Shown here: piece after piece, positions 1 through 10,299 of the stretch
How the letters are laid out: every line of letters starts with the position of its first letter
Position numbering within the stretch: the first letter of the stretch is position 1
NCBI GenBank assembly: GCA_963772365.1
Contig: CAVYXA010000001.1
Coordinates: 256,001-320,000, forward strand
Direction: 5' to 3'
DNA from: an uncultured Verrucomicrobiae bacterium
GTDB taxonomy: Bacteria; Verrucomicrobiota; Verrucomicrobiia; Chthoniobacterales; UBA10450
DNA: 64,000 bases
Position numbers and translations under genes: made by a program
The notes under the pieces: generated by a model
What the model was told of the DNA's origin: nothing
What the model saw: the letters and a program-made list of their open reading frames with translations, nothing else
The model's database searches: none

Positions 1-1717
1 AAAGGCGAGAGCTTGATTTCGATTGGAGAGGGTGGCTACCTGTGTCCAATCCGAAGTGCGATAAACCCGCACCGGATCGGATGCTACGACAATGACCGTC
101 CCATCGGGAGAAAACTTCGTAAAGCCAGAGCCGGTAAAGGTCCGAATAAAGGTGCCATCTGACACTCGCCAGATCGCCGGTACTCCTTCGCACGTAGCCG
201 CGATCGTTGCATCATCCGGCGAGAAGTTAATTCCGGCAAACGGTCCAAAAATGAACTGGCCCGTAAGCTCCCGCACAAGGCTCCAATCGGATACACTCCA
301 CAGCTTGATCGCATCGTGGGTTCCATTGAAAAAAGCGCCAGAGGCCAGCAATGTCCCATCATGCGAAAAGGCAAGGCCAGTCACTTCATCGGTGTGGCCT
401 GTGAGTGTCTGAATGAGCATGCCGTCGGAAGTCCGATAAATTTGCACGGTGTGATTGCTCCCAGGAATGGCGAGCAGTTGCCCATCCGGAGAAAGCGCGA
501 TCGTTCCGACGTTTGAGGTCGCGTTGATTGCGCTCAGGAATCTGCCGTTCGATCCATCCCAAAATCGTGCTGTCGTGTCCGCGCCGCTAATCAACTGACC
601 GTTCGGCATGAATGCCAGCGCGTAAACTGAGCTGGAATGATTGGTAAATTGTTTGCAGTGCGATGTGCTGGGACGGACTCCAAAGCTTCATCGCGTATTC
701 GGGATACCAACTCCCGGAAACGAGGGTCTGGCTATCGGGAGCAAACGCGAGCGCACGAACGAATGCATTATGTCCTGCAAGTGTGTCGATCAATTTGCCC
801 CGAGCAGGATCCCAAACCCTGATGTTATGGTCCCAGGTACCGGATGCCAGGGTTTGCCCATCTGGTGAGAAAGCGACTGCACCAACGCCGCTGCCATGGG
901 CGAGAGAGAACGCCAGACTTCCATCTTCGACGTTCCAGAGCCGGACAGTTTGCTCCCAACTGCCGGTCGCCAGGCGAGCACTATTCGGAGCAAATGCCAC
1001 CGCAGAGATGAAGTCGGTGTGTCCGGAGAGAGTCCGCGCCAATCCCCAGTCGGACGTCCGGTAGAGCTTGGCCGTGTGATCATCACTTCCGCTGGCAAGC
1101 CATCTGCCATCGCGGGAGAAGGCAACCGAATTCACCGCTTGCGCATGATCGAAACGATTGCTCACCAGCATGCCATCCGTCAGCCGACGGACTTTAAGCG
1201 ATCGATCTTCGCTTCCGCTAGCGAGATATTTTCCGCCAGGCGAAAATGCGACCGAGTCCACGGCAGCGCCAGAATCGGCAAAGTTTTGCACCAACGTTCC
1301 GTCTGAAATTCTCCAGATTTGAACGGCGCCGAAATCTGTTTGGGTGCTGGCATTGTATTGTTCGATCCCGGCTGCGATCAAGGTGCCATCAGGCGATATG
1401 GAGACCGAACGAATATCGGTCAATTGATTGTTGATGTTGTAGGGAATAGCGAAACTCCTCGTGAAGGAAAAGCCATCTGGACGCGAGAAGATCGTGTCCT
1501 TTCGCCAGAGCTTAATAGTCCGATCACCGCTCGCGGACACGAGAAACTGGCCGTCGGGCGAATACGCGATTGAATTCACCGACTCGCTATGGCCGCCGCT
1601 CGTCCACAGAATGTTGGGGCGGCCCTGAGGCAAAGCAGTAAGGGGAAAAGCAAATGTGAGGAACGTTAAGACGCCCAGACGCCATCCGACGCAACAGGAC
1701 TCACTTAAGGTTTTCAT
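1..1717 (-). CDS. Secreted WD40-repeat beta-propeller protein; 1-nt frameshift near 650; runs off window start
   Basis: ORF 587-1717 has a signal-like N-terminus and repeated GH..V.SVAFSPDG..LASGS.D..I.LW units. Removing one base at ~650 continues WD repeats (TNHSSSVYALAFMPNG..., LTGHTDEVTGLAFSHDG...) to base 1. Confidence 0.85.
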
Positions 1718-1842
1718 TAGCTGCGCCTTTTGTTTTTATCCTTAGATCGACAACGCATCAAGCATTACGCGCCTTCCCAGGATCATCCGAAGCGAAACGC
1801 TATGGCCTAATTGGATTGCGTCTCGTGCTATTATCCGTGGAA

Positions 1843-2232
1843 ATGAAAGAAAAACCCAAAGGCGAGTTAGTGATCCAGACCATCGCGATGCCGAAGGACA
1901 CCAATCCAAACGGCGATATTTTCGGCGGCTGGCTGATGTCACAAATGGATTTGGGCAGCGGCATTCTCGCGTCGAAGACGGCGCAGGCGCGGGTTGTGAC
2001 GGTGGCCATGGAAGGACTCTCGTTTCTCCAGCCTGTGCGGGTAGGGGATACGGTTGCGGTTTACGCCTCCGTGGAAAAGATCGGACGAACTTCGATGACA
2101 ATCCCGGTGGAAGTCTGGGTCACACGTTATATGACCGGTGAGCAATTACGCGTGACGCATGGCGTCTTTATCTACGTTGCTGTCGATGAAGCCGGAAAAC
2201 CGATTCCGGTCAAAGCCGCTTCAGTCGATTGA
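1843..2232 (+). CDS. Acyl-CoA thioesterase (hotdog fold, YciA-like)
   Basis: AMPKDTNPNGDIFGGWLMSQMD and VVTVA..F..PV.VGD motifs. Confidence 0.9.
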   Translation: MKEKPKGELVIQTIAMPKDTNPNGDIFGGWLMSQMDLGSGILASKTAQARVVTVAMEGLSFLQPVRVGDTVAVYASVEKIGRTSMTIPVEVWVTRYMTGEQLRVTHGVFIYVAVDEAGKPIPVKAASVD

Positions 2233-2238
2233 CCGCGG

Positions 2239-2475
2239 TCATTCGCCGGATTCGGACGAGCTAACGACTCCGCTGCTAATTTGCCACTTCGATTCCTTGG
2301 ATGCCGGAATCTTGTGCTGTTGCTTCGTAATCTTTATTCGCTGCCGTTTCTTCGCTCGCATGCACTTGTTCACGTATCGTTGGTAGGCAATCTCCTGGCG
2401 TCCGCTCTTCGTGAGATAAGCACAGCCCGGCAGAAGCCAGCAGCCGAGCAAGACCACAGAGACAAGCCTCAACAT
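2239..2475 (-). CDS. Small basic putative lipoprotein
   Basis: MLRLVSVVLLGCWLLPGC hydrophobic leader with lipobox-like LPGC; co-oriented downstream of opcA. Confidence 0.55.
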   Translation of the reverse strand: MLRLVSVVLLGCWLLPGCAYLTKSGRQEIAYQRYVNKCMRAKKRQRIKITKQQHKIPASKESKWQISSGVVSSSESGE

Positions 2476-2563
2476 TCGTTGGGTCACGCTTGTTTCCTGA
2501 GCAAGAGTCGTGCGAACGCAGTTGGATCGACGACGATGACGATGACTGCCCACGGACGGCTGG

Positions 2564-3619
2564 CTACAGCAAATTTCGAATGCAATTCAACGCCCGAAGA
2601 TAAATGCGATGGGGACCGCCGCGCATCAGTTCCGCGCTCATCAGAGTTACCAGATCATTATTTTGGGCCGGCATCATTTGAGCGAGTGGCTTCTCACTGG
2701 ATCCACTTCGCCAAACTTCCAGCAGATCACCGCATTTTGCCGGCGCCACGATAAAATCGACGCTGCCCGATGTCAGTGTGACTTTCCCGATCGGCTTGTC
2801 TCCATGTTCGCGCAGTTCGATGTCGATCTTACGTTTGTTTCCGTCCAGGAAACGACAACTGCCGTTCACTTTCTGCTGATTCGTGGTCCAGTTTAGCTGC
2901 GCGGCCAACCAGCCGACTAGAAGAATGGCAGTCGATTTGAATTCGGGTGCGAAGTCAACCGCTACGCGCTCCATTTTGGCGAAACGATGATGGGAAGCGG
3001 GATGATCGAAGAACTGGGCGATGGCGTAACGAATCTTGTCCAGGCGCGTCCAGTTGAGATCGCAGAGAATGATGCGCTGCCGCGCTTCCTGTTCCGCGGT
3101 TTCAACCAGTCGAAATTGCTCGTCGAAATTTTTCCAGGTCTGGCTGTCGTAAATGAAACGATCGACCCAGGCCCAAAGCTGCGGGTCCATTGGATCGTGC
3201 AGATCACTCTGCCACCAGAGATAAAACGGCAGGTCCGAATCGAGGTGGGAAAAAACAATGCTCGGAAGCAGGCTTGCGCACCCACCCTGGAGCCGGAAAG
3301 AAAGTTGCTCCGAGCAAATTTGTTTGCTCCCGGCGCGTCCGATGTGACAATGCGCGCTGATCCACGCCTGCACGCCGCTTTCCTTCCCGCCGCAATCGGC
3401 TTCCATGACAATGGCTCGGCAGGCATGGTTTTCCGTAATTTTGGCGATGAGCTGTGTGTTTTTTTCCAGCGAGCCCTGCTCTTCATTGTAAACGGCGAGA
3501 TTGATCAACGACGCGCGGGTCGCGCCCTTATTCTCTGCCCAGAGCTTTTTTAATTCCTTCTCGATCTTGCCGACTTCGACCGGCAGGCCGAGAGAGAATG
3601 TTTCAGTGGCCGCAGGCAT
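2564..3619 (-). CDS. opcA: Glucose-6-phosphate dehydrogenase assembly protein OpcA
   Basis: Directly downstream of zwf; DLP..LWW and DLNW.RL motifs. Confidence 0.85.
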   Translation of the reverse strand: MPAATETFSLGLPVEVGKIEKELKKLWAENKGATRASLINLAVYNEEQGSLEKNTQLIAKITENHACRAIVMEADCGGKESGVQAWISAHCHIGRAGSKQICSEQLSFRLQGGCASLLPSIVFSHLDSDLPFYLWWQSDLHDPMDPQLWAWVDRFIYDSQTWKNFDEQFRLVETAEQEARQRIILCDLNWTRLDKIRYAIAQFFDHPASHHRFAKMERVAVDFAPEFKSTAILLVGWLAAQLNWTTNQQKVNGSCRFLDGNKRKIDIELREHGDKPIGKVTLTSGSVDFIVAPAKCGDLLEVWRSGSSEKPLAQMMPAQNNDLVTLMSAELMRGGPHRIYLRALNCIRNLL

Positions 3620-3622
3620 GGC

Positions 3623-5165
3623 TCACAATCGCCTCCACGCTCGTCCATCGCGCGCGAGCAGTTCGTCAGCTTCGTCCGGACCCCAGGAACCGGCAGGATA
3701 AAAGAACAATGGCGGCGCATCTTTTTTTATCGCCCACGCATTCTCAATGGTGTCTATAAACGCCCAGGCCTCTTCCACTTCATCGCGTCGCGCGAACAAT
3801 GTCGCGTCGCCGCCCATTGCATCGAGAAGCAAACGCTCATACGCCTCCGGGCTGGCCTTGCCAAATGAAGTGCCATAATGAAAATCCATTTTTACCGGCT
3901 CGACCCGGAAACTCGCGCCGGGCACTTTGGCGTGCATTCGCAACGCAATTCCTTCGTCCGGCTGAATCCGGATCACGAGCACGTTTTGATCGGCCAACTC
4001 CTTGTTAAACAAAACCGCCGGCGCTCTCTTGAAATGGATCGAAATCTCCGTGGCGGACTTCGGAAGCCTTTTCCCGACGCGCATGTAGATCGGCACATTC
4101 CACCAGCGCCAGTTGTCGAGGTTTAACTTCAAGGCGACGAATGTTTCCGTGATTGATTTGGGATCCACCTTGTTTTCCGCCCGATAAGCCGCCACCGGTT
4201 TTCCGTTGATCGCACCTTTCGCGGTACTGCGCGCGGACCACATTCAGGCTAACCTCGTTTCGTGCGAAATGATGAAGGGCTCGCACAACTTTTACTTTCT
4301 CGTCGCGGATGCTGTCGGCGCTCAAATCTGTGGGCGCTTCCATCGTCACGAGACACAGAAGTTGGATCAAATGATTTTGAACCATGTCTCGCAATGCTCC
4401 TGCGCCTTCGTAATAACCACCGCGATCCTCGATGCCGATCGTTTCCGCCGCGGTGATCTGGATATGGTCAATGTAATGCCGATTCCAGAGCGGCCCGAAA
4501 ATCGCGTTGGCAAACCGGAGCACCAAAATATTTTGGGCGGTTTCTTTGCCGAGAAAGTGATCGATTCGGTAGGTCTGCTCCTCGGTAAAAGATTTTCGAA
4601 CAATACGATTGAGCTCACGGGCGGAAGGCAAATCGGTTCCGAACGGCTTTTCCACAATCACGCGGGCCCAACTGCCCTCGCGGGCTTGGTTTAATCCAGC
4701 CGCCTTTAGATGTTTCAAGATCAGATCGAATTGATCGGGTGCCGCGGCGAGATAGAAAAGACGGTTGCCTCGGGTGCCGCGTTCCTTGTCGATCTTATCG
4801 AGACGATCCGCCAAAGTTTTGTAACCGGACTCGTCCTGAAATTCGCTTTGATGATAAAAGATCGATTGAGCGAAAGGCTTCCAGATTTCATCACGCACAT
4901 TTTGCCGGGAAAATTTTCGCGTCGCTTCCTCCATTTCCTTTCGAAATTCATCATCGCTTTTCGGGCGGCGAGCGAAGCCGACGATGGTGACGGCAGGTGG
5001 CAACTCGCCATCGGCCGAGAGATTGTAAAGAGCAGGGACAAGTTTGCGATGGGTGAGGTCGCCGGTGGCGCCGAAGATAACGATTGTGCACGGCTGCGGA
5101 ACTGCGCGAGTAGAAATTCCCTCGCGCAACGGATTCGGCTCTAGCGGCTCGGCCGTGCGATTCAT
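3623..5165 (-). CDS. zwf: Glucose-6-phosphate 1-dehydrogenase, split by a 1-nt frameshift near 4224
   Basis: GATGDL, EKPFG, RIDHFLGKE and RDMVQNH in ORF 4005-5165; NWRW..VP, RIQPDEG and AYERLL in ORF 3623-4243. Removing one C restores RAQYAKGAING. Confidence 0.93.
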
Positions 5166-5295
5166 TGGCTCCGAAGATTACGCAGACTCCCCCGCAGGCG
5201 AAAGTCGAATCCATTGGTTACAGATTTACAAAACCTTGAACTGCGCAGACCCAATCCCGGGGCGAAATCTCAATCTCGATATCTATTTGAACGAT

Positions 5296-5391
5296 TGTCA
5301 TCCTGAGCGAAGCGAAGGATCTCTAGTCATTTTTTCTTCAATCGTGGAAAAGGCGAATGATCGGAGATGTTTCGCTTCACTCAACATGACA
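5296..5391. repeat. Palindromic REP/MITE-like element, TGTCAT-CTGAGCGAAGCGAAG family, copy 1
   Basis: Left arm tgtcatcctgagcgaagcgaaggatct, right arm agatgtttcgcttcactcaacatgaca; second copy at 53151-53320. Confidence 0.8.
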
Positions 5392-5450
5392 GGATAATGA
5401 ACATTGATTATTGAAGATTTCCTCGCTCTCACTGATTCGACTTGGACTTT

Positions 5451-6266
5451 ATGAACTCATTCCGCGCGGTAATTTTCGACCTCGATGGCGTCCTGGCCGA
5501 TTCCGAGCCGACATGGGACGAGATTGACGCGCAATTGCTCGCCGAACACGGCGTCAAATATCGCGGCGAATATCACAAAGAAGTGCTCGGAGTCAGTTAT
5601 CGGAGCTCGGTCGAGTTTTTCAAAAAGACATTCGGCATTTCCGCGCCGACCGAAGAAATGATGCGGCGCCGGGGCGAGATCGCGACCGAGTTCTTCGCTA
5701 ATCGCATCGGTTTATTCCCACACGTGAAAGAAGTCTTGGAAAAATTGCGCGAAATCCGCCCGTCCGGTTCGCCTTCGGACGAACTCCCGGTAGTGAGCTC
5801 GGGCCGTTCCGCCTCTCCTCGGGAGGAGAGGATTGAGGTGAGGATCGAACTTACGCCGCAGGAAGATCGACTGCGTCTCGCCATAGCGACAAGTTCCGTT
5901 AGTGCGTCCGCGCGACCGTTCTTAGATCGACATCAACTCACAAAATATTTCGACGTCATCATCAGCGGTGACGAAATAGAACGCGGCAAACCCGCGCCTG
6001 ACATCTATCTGCGCTCGGCGGAGAAGCTGGACGTCTCGCCCAACGCCTGCCTCGTGATCGAAGATTCACTCTCCGGCATCGCCGCCGCCAAAGCTGCTAA
6101 GATGCGCGTCGCCGCCATCCCCGACCGCCGCTTTGTCAATCCGCACGATTATGAAAAGGAAGCGGATTATCTGCTCGCCAATTTATCCGAAATATTGCCG
6201 CTCGTTCGACAGTTTACTCATCCACGCGCGACCGCCAGTAATCCGGATGCCGCCGGTGATGCTTGA
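5451..6266 (+). CDS. HAD-superfamily phosphatase (beta-PGM-like) with a ~37-aa internal insertion
   Basis: FDLDGVLADSE, ATSS, GKPAPDIYL and IEDS..GI motifs. Confidence 0.9.
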   Translation: MNSFRAVIFDLDGVLADSEPTWDEIDAQLLAEHGVKYRGEYHKEVLGVSYRSSVEFFKKTFGISAPTEEMMRRRGEIATEFFANRIGLFPHVKEVLEKLREIRPSGSPSDELPVVSSGRSASPREERIEVRIELTPQEDRLRLAIATSSVSASARPFLDRHQLTKYFDVIISGDEIERGKPAPDIYLRSAEKLDVSPNACLVIEDSLSGIAAAKAAKMRVAAIPDRRFVNPHDYEKEADYLLANLSEILPLVRQFTHPRATASNPDAAGDA

Positions 6267-6510
6267 ACGCAAGAATGCGCAGCTCATCGGTCGTCGCACG
6301 ATAGTAAATTGCAAAAGGAAATCGGCGCATGAGGTAACGTGTGATGTTGGTTTCAATGATGCGATAACGGCCAGGCGATTTGCCAATTGCTTCCACCGCA
6401 GCATCGACCGCACTCAGAAACTCAGCTCCGAGTCCTTGAACGCGTGACTTGTAGAATTTTGCCGCCTCGATCAGTTCCGCTTCGGCTTAGAGATGGTAAA
6501 TCAGTCACAT
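6214..6510 (-). pseudogene. RelE/ParE-family toxin inactivated by two in-frame stops
   Basis: Frame reads M*LIYHL*AEAELIEAAKFY...RRFPFAIYY...ILAFKHHRRHPDYW; stops at 6505-6507 and 6487-6489; start overlaps the antitoxin end. Confidence 0.8.
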
Positions 6511-6728
6511 CCGATCGACCGTCGGGCGGACTTCATTACGTCGGCGTGTTCGCGAGCGGTCAGTGAACCGGAGGAGAGTTCTTCATCTCGTCGAAGAGAG
6601 TCTCGTAATGTGTCCGCTTCAGTCGTGTCTATCATTTCGGAACCAATGCTTTCCCACAACGTCTGTGCCAGCGACACGCGTTCGCCCAGCGGCAACGCCA
6701 TCGCTTCAGCCTTCTGCTCGGTCGACAT
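6501..6728 (-). CDS. Addiction-module antitoxin (TIGR02574-like)
   Basis: ALPLGERVSLAQTLWESI...RR.EEL.SG pattern, immediately upstream of the toxin remnant. Confidence 0.8.
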   Translation of the reverse strand: MSTEQKAEAMALPLGERVSLAQTLWESIGSEMIDTTEADTLRDSLRRDEELSSGSLTAREHADVMKSARRSIGCD

Positions 6729-6921
6729 GCCGAGAGATTAGTAGACTTGCTTCCTGTTCTCAACGCCTCCTACGACATTGCCGCCGGCAAAGCTGCGCAC
6801 ATCTGGTGAAACTGCGGGACAAAAGCAAACGCTATCGGTTACGCGTCGGCACCTTTCGTGTTCTTCGTTCTCGCCGGCGAGGTGATTCAGGTTAATGCTG
6901 TGAAGGATCGCAAGGAAGCTT

Positions 6922-7185
6922 ATGACTGAGGATGCCATTCTCAAAAAGATCGAGACCTTGAGCCAAGCGGTGGCTCGGCTTCAGCAGCGCGTCGAAGATC
7001 TTGAAGATTTGCGCGATTTGGAAACCGCGATTGCTGAGAACGCAGGCAAACCGCTCATTCCATGGGATCAAGTGAAAGCCGAACTCGAAGTCGAACTTAC
7101 TCCGGAATTCGAACGGCCGATTCGCCAAGCTGAACGCGACGTGGCCGAAGGCAAAGCCGCGCGAGTGCGCGAGTCCGAAGGCTAA
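6922..7185 (+). CDS. Small acidic helical protein, antitoxin-like, with no adjacent toxin
   Basis: EDLEDLRDL..AI.E...IPWDQVKAEL resembles antitoxin C-termini; AAGGAAG RBS-like sequence upstream. Confidence 0.55.
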   Translation: MTEDAILKKIETLSQAVARLQQRVEDLEDLRDLETAIAENAGKPLIPWDQVKAELEVELTPEFERPIRQAERDVAEGKAARVRESEG

Positions 7186-7199
7186 ATTCGCTGCTGGTT

Positions 7200-7604
7200 T
7201 TACTCGCTCGGCTTTTCCGCGAGCAACGCGCGACATGCTTCCGCGCAGCGGCGGCACGCCTCGGCGCAAACGCGGCAGTGTTCCTTGCCATGCTTCTCGC
7301 ATTCGGCGCCGCAGCTTTCGCACGATTGGATGCAGGCGCGCAGTTGGGCTCCGGCCAGTTTGAAATCAGTGCGGGTGAAGCGCGAGACGATACGCGCCGT
7401 GGCCAGGCAGACATCGGCGCCATCGTTGCAATCGCGAATGCATTGCACCATCTCCGCCACCTTCTTCTCGCCCAGACACGCGTCGGCGCAGGCGTTGCAC
7501 GCTTCCGCGCACGCATAACAAGCGGTGATGTATTCGATGTTGGTCGCGTGATCTGATGAAGGATTCACCGGATGCGTTTCGAACATTTGTTTGATGTATG
7601 ACAT
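7200..7604 (-). CDS. Cys-rich four-helix-bundle copper storage protein (Csp3/DUF326-like)
   Basis: 17 Cys in CxxC/CxxxC spacing; no export signal. Confidence 0.85.
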   Translation of the reverse strand: MSYIKQMFETHPVNPSSDHATNIEYITACYACAEACNACADACLGEKKVAEMVQCIRDCNDGADVCLATARIVSRFTRTDFKLAGAQLRACIQSCESCGAECEKHGKEHCRVCAEACRRCAEACRALLAEKPSE

Positions 7605-7878
7605 CGGTGTGAATTGTTGATTGCTCTACCATCTGATCGCTTTCGCGCGCGTAGTCAGATGTTAAAAGGTCGAAAGCGCGGCAGCGCGCCTAACGAACGT
7701 TTCCTCATCGATCTTCGGCACCGGCGGCGACGTCGTTGTTTCCGATCCCGCGGCAGCCGGCCTAACGATGCGAGTTTACCGAATCGTTCTTTTGCCCTGA
7801 ACCGATTCGCGCGCGATTGTGTTTGCGTCCGATCGCGCTGAAATTTATTCGTCCGCGCGGACATAGTCGGCCAACAGT

Positions 7879-9474
7879 ATGATTATAACGCGCGAGCAAT
7901 TGCCAAAGCTCAGTGAAGACCTCCTGCGGCGCGAAGTGCTAATTCCGCTGTTTCGGGCCATGGGCTACCAAGATGTTTTCCACCATCACGGAGGAGCCTT
8001 AGAACAGGGCAAAGACATTGTAATGTGGAAAGGAGAGGATTTCAGAGCGCGGGTGAACTATGCTGTCGTCGCAAAAAAGGGCGACCTTACTGGCAGAGTG
8101 ACGGGCCGCGGGAGTGCGGGTGAAGTGGAGATGCAAGTACGCCAATGTTTCGGCTCATCTTACAAAGACCCAACAAGCGGTGAGGAGCAAAAGGTCCATA
8201 AGTGTTTAGTTGTTTCTTCCGGAAGTATATCGACGGAGTTCATTAACGCTGTTCATGGTGCTCTCGCACAATCCGGCCTGGATCGTGATACCGATTTCAT
8301 CGACGGCGATAAACTATTCGCCAATGTCGAGAAAGTGCTGCCCCAGAAAACGGCCTCGGTATTCAGCAGAGTACACGATCTGCAAGAGTTTCTAGCTCAG
8401 CAAGCCTCGGGCTTTGCTACTACAATCACATCATCCGGTGACGAGACGTCAATCTCGTTCAGGCCGGTGGATGAGAAGACTGCCGGAGAAGCCGGCGCAG
8501 TTTCGGTCAACGCCTTCGGCGAGGCCGGATCTCAAGCGCGGCAGAAGTTCGAACAATTTCTCAGGACAGGAGAACCATTCACGTTGCGGAAAGGAGAGTT
8601 CGACTCTGTTGAGCTTCCAGCGATGCTCGAGAAAATATGGGGAATTTCGTTGGGCGATCTCGATGAGATCAGCGTGCGATCTTCTGATAACCCGCCGGTT
8701 TCGTTTACGATCAGACGAGTTTGCGAAGATGGTGACTCTGGTGAGTTGCCTAACGTCGAGCTCGCGGCCGTGAAAAAGGGAAGTGAGCAGGTAACACTTT
8801 CCAATGAGCGTCAAAACGCACCGTGGACAATCACAATTCTTATGTGGCCATATAAGATGCAGTTGTCATATCGCGTTCGGCTCGTTGGAGGCAACGTGAT
8901 GCATGCACTTCGATGGTTGCAATTTCAGCGTGCGCTCGCGAAGCCCGGAGTAATCATACTTCAGCAGGTTGAGAATGGCATCGAGCATCAGACTGCCGGA
9001 GAGCCGGCGTGCAGTGAACCACCGGATCCACGAGTCGTCGCGTTAGTTGAGAAGTTGGTTTTGATTCAAAAGCGAACAGGAACGCTATTAAACCTGCCTG
9101 CAACATTTTCGGTCGAAGAAGAGGATCAGATCGCTCGTTTGTTCGGGGTCATAACGACAGGCCGACTGCCGTTGCGAAGTATTCGGTTCAGTCTAAAAAA
9201 GGGTTCGCTACGTAAGAACCGCGAAGTATTAGACAAGCCTGGAACGTTTCGAATCGAGTTTGATGAAGATGAACTAATGCCGTGCCTCGGCGCGAAAATA
9301 GCCGTCGGTCCGAAACGAATTGTCTGCTCCGATGTTCGATTATCGTCGAGTATCGCAAAGAGTTTCGCAGCTGAGTTATCCGAAGGTAGCGATGAAGATG
9401 AGATTTTCGTAGAATTCGAAGGCTCCGCTGAGCAGCCGATCGAAGCTTTGTACACTAGGTGGCTGAAGGACTGA
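7879..9474 (+). CDS. Protein with N-terminal PD-(D/E)xK restriction-endonuclease-like domain and an unknown C-terminal domain
   Basis: E..L...VLIPLF.AMGY...HG..EQGKDIV...AVVAKKG...FIDG.KL pattern of Mrr-like REase domains; more A/T-ending codons than flanking core genes. Confidence 0.65.
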   Translation: MIITREQLPKLSEDLLRREVLIPLFRAMGYQDVFHHHGGALEQGKDIVMWKGEDFRARVNYAVVAKKGDLTGRVTGRGSAGEVEMQVRQCFGSSYKDPTSGEEQKVHKCLVVSSGSISTEFINAVHGALAQSGLDRDTDFIDGDKLFANVEKVLPQKTASVFSRVHDLQEFLAQQASGFATTITSSGDETSISFRPVDEKTAGEAGAVSVNAFGEAGSQARQKFEQFLRTGEPFTLRKGEFDSVELPAMLEKIWGISLGDLDEISVRSSDNPPVSFTIRRVCEDGDSGELPNVELAAVKKGSEQVTLSNERQNAPWTITILMWPYKMQLSYRVRLVGGNVMHALRWLQFQRALAKPGVIILQQVENGIEHQTAGEPACSEPPDPRVVALVEKLVLIQKRTGTLLNLPATFSVEEEDQIARLFGVITTGRLPLRSIRFSLKKGSLRKNREVLDKPGTFRIEFDEDELMPCLGAKIAVGPKRIVCSDVRLSSSIAKSFAAELSEGSDEDEIFVEFEGSAEQPIEALYTRWLKD

Positions 9475-9494
9475 CGTAGCTGGGTACTGAGACG

Positions 9495-10292
9495 CTAACC
9501 AACGGCGTCATCACTCATGCCTGGAAGCTGCTGGCGAAGCGACGCTATCGATTCGCGAGCGGCAATTCGCAGCTCATCGGATGCCTCACGACTACGAGCG
9601 AGAAATGAGTTGAGATCGATATTCAAACCGAATTCCTTTTTTGCTTCGAATGTTGCGGCTATTGCTAACGGAGCGAGTTTCGCCGCTGGTTCGTTCACGA
9701 ATTTATCAAGCAATCGTACCTGATCTTCGAATTGTTCGACCCACAGCCGATTGTTTGCTTTTTCTAACTCGATAATTTGTTGGTTAATTTCGCGCGCATG
9801 TTGCGGGGCTTGCACTGCAAGATTCGCCAGTTGCGTAATTCGGGCAGCATTGTTGTTGATCTCAAACTGTCGCCTAACGAGAGCATATCGCTCCGCGACT
9901 AACCGTGCGTAAATCTTCAAATACTCACGGTGCAGCTGCTCAGTGGCATCCATCAACCGTTGACCTGCAACAATGTAAACATTTGCGACCGCCGCCGCGA
10001 ATCGGTTGACAACCGGGAACATCAGCGGTGTGACGTCTTCAATCTGCGGGTTTGTGATGAGGCTAAGAGCCTCGACCGCGGCTGCGTAGGCTTCACCGGC
10101 TCTCAGATATGCATCGCGACGCAGATTCAGTAGGCGATCCTCGCGTTGTTCTTTGCGGTTCACTGCCAATCCGCGCATTACGCCAACAAATGCTAGGAAG
10201 CCTGTTACAAGCGCCGCGCTTGCACCGATTAGCGCCGCGCGTGTTTGCGGATCCTCGATTAAATCCGACCACGCGGTCGCGAGGCAATGCAT
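9495..10292 (-). CDS. Hypothetical protein with N-terminal TM helix and long helical region
   Basis: 265-aa ORF; hydrophobic AALIGASAALVTGFLAFVGV; start uncertain. Confidence 0.6.
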   Translation of the reverse strand: MHCLATAWSDLIEDPQTRAALIGASAALVTGFLAFVGVMRGLAVNRKEQREDRLLNLRRDAYLRAGEAYAAAVEALSLITNPQIEDVTPLMFPVVNRFAAAVANVYIVAGQRLMDATEQLHREYLKIYARLVAERYALVRRQFEINNNAARITQLANLAVQAPQHAREINQQIIELEKANNRLWVEQFEDQVRLLDKFVNEPAAKLAPLAIAATFEAKKEFGLNIDLNSFLARSREASDELRIAARESIASLRQQLPGMSDDAVG

Positions 10293-10299
10293 GCTAGCC

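Noticed and set aside
4200..4245. Programmed frameshift in zwf
   Set aside because: No slippery heptamer, and similar 1-nt indels occur in unrelated genes.
6487..6507. Stop-codon reassignment or readthrough in the toxin
   Set aside because: The two stops differ (TGA, TAA) and both codons terminate normal genes in this window.
7677..7768. Integron attC sites (two GCCTAAC within a 20-bp imperfect direct repeat)
   Set aside because: No matching GTTRRRY arm forming an attC hairpin and no integrase. The repeat itself remains unexplained.
7655..7864. Arg-rich 69-aa ORF or DUF1549-like remnant
   Set aside because: No convincing motif or RBS; the resemblance is too short.
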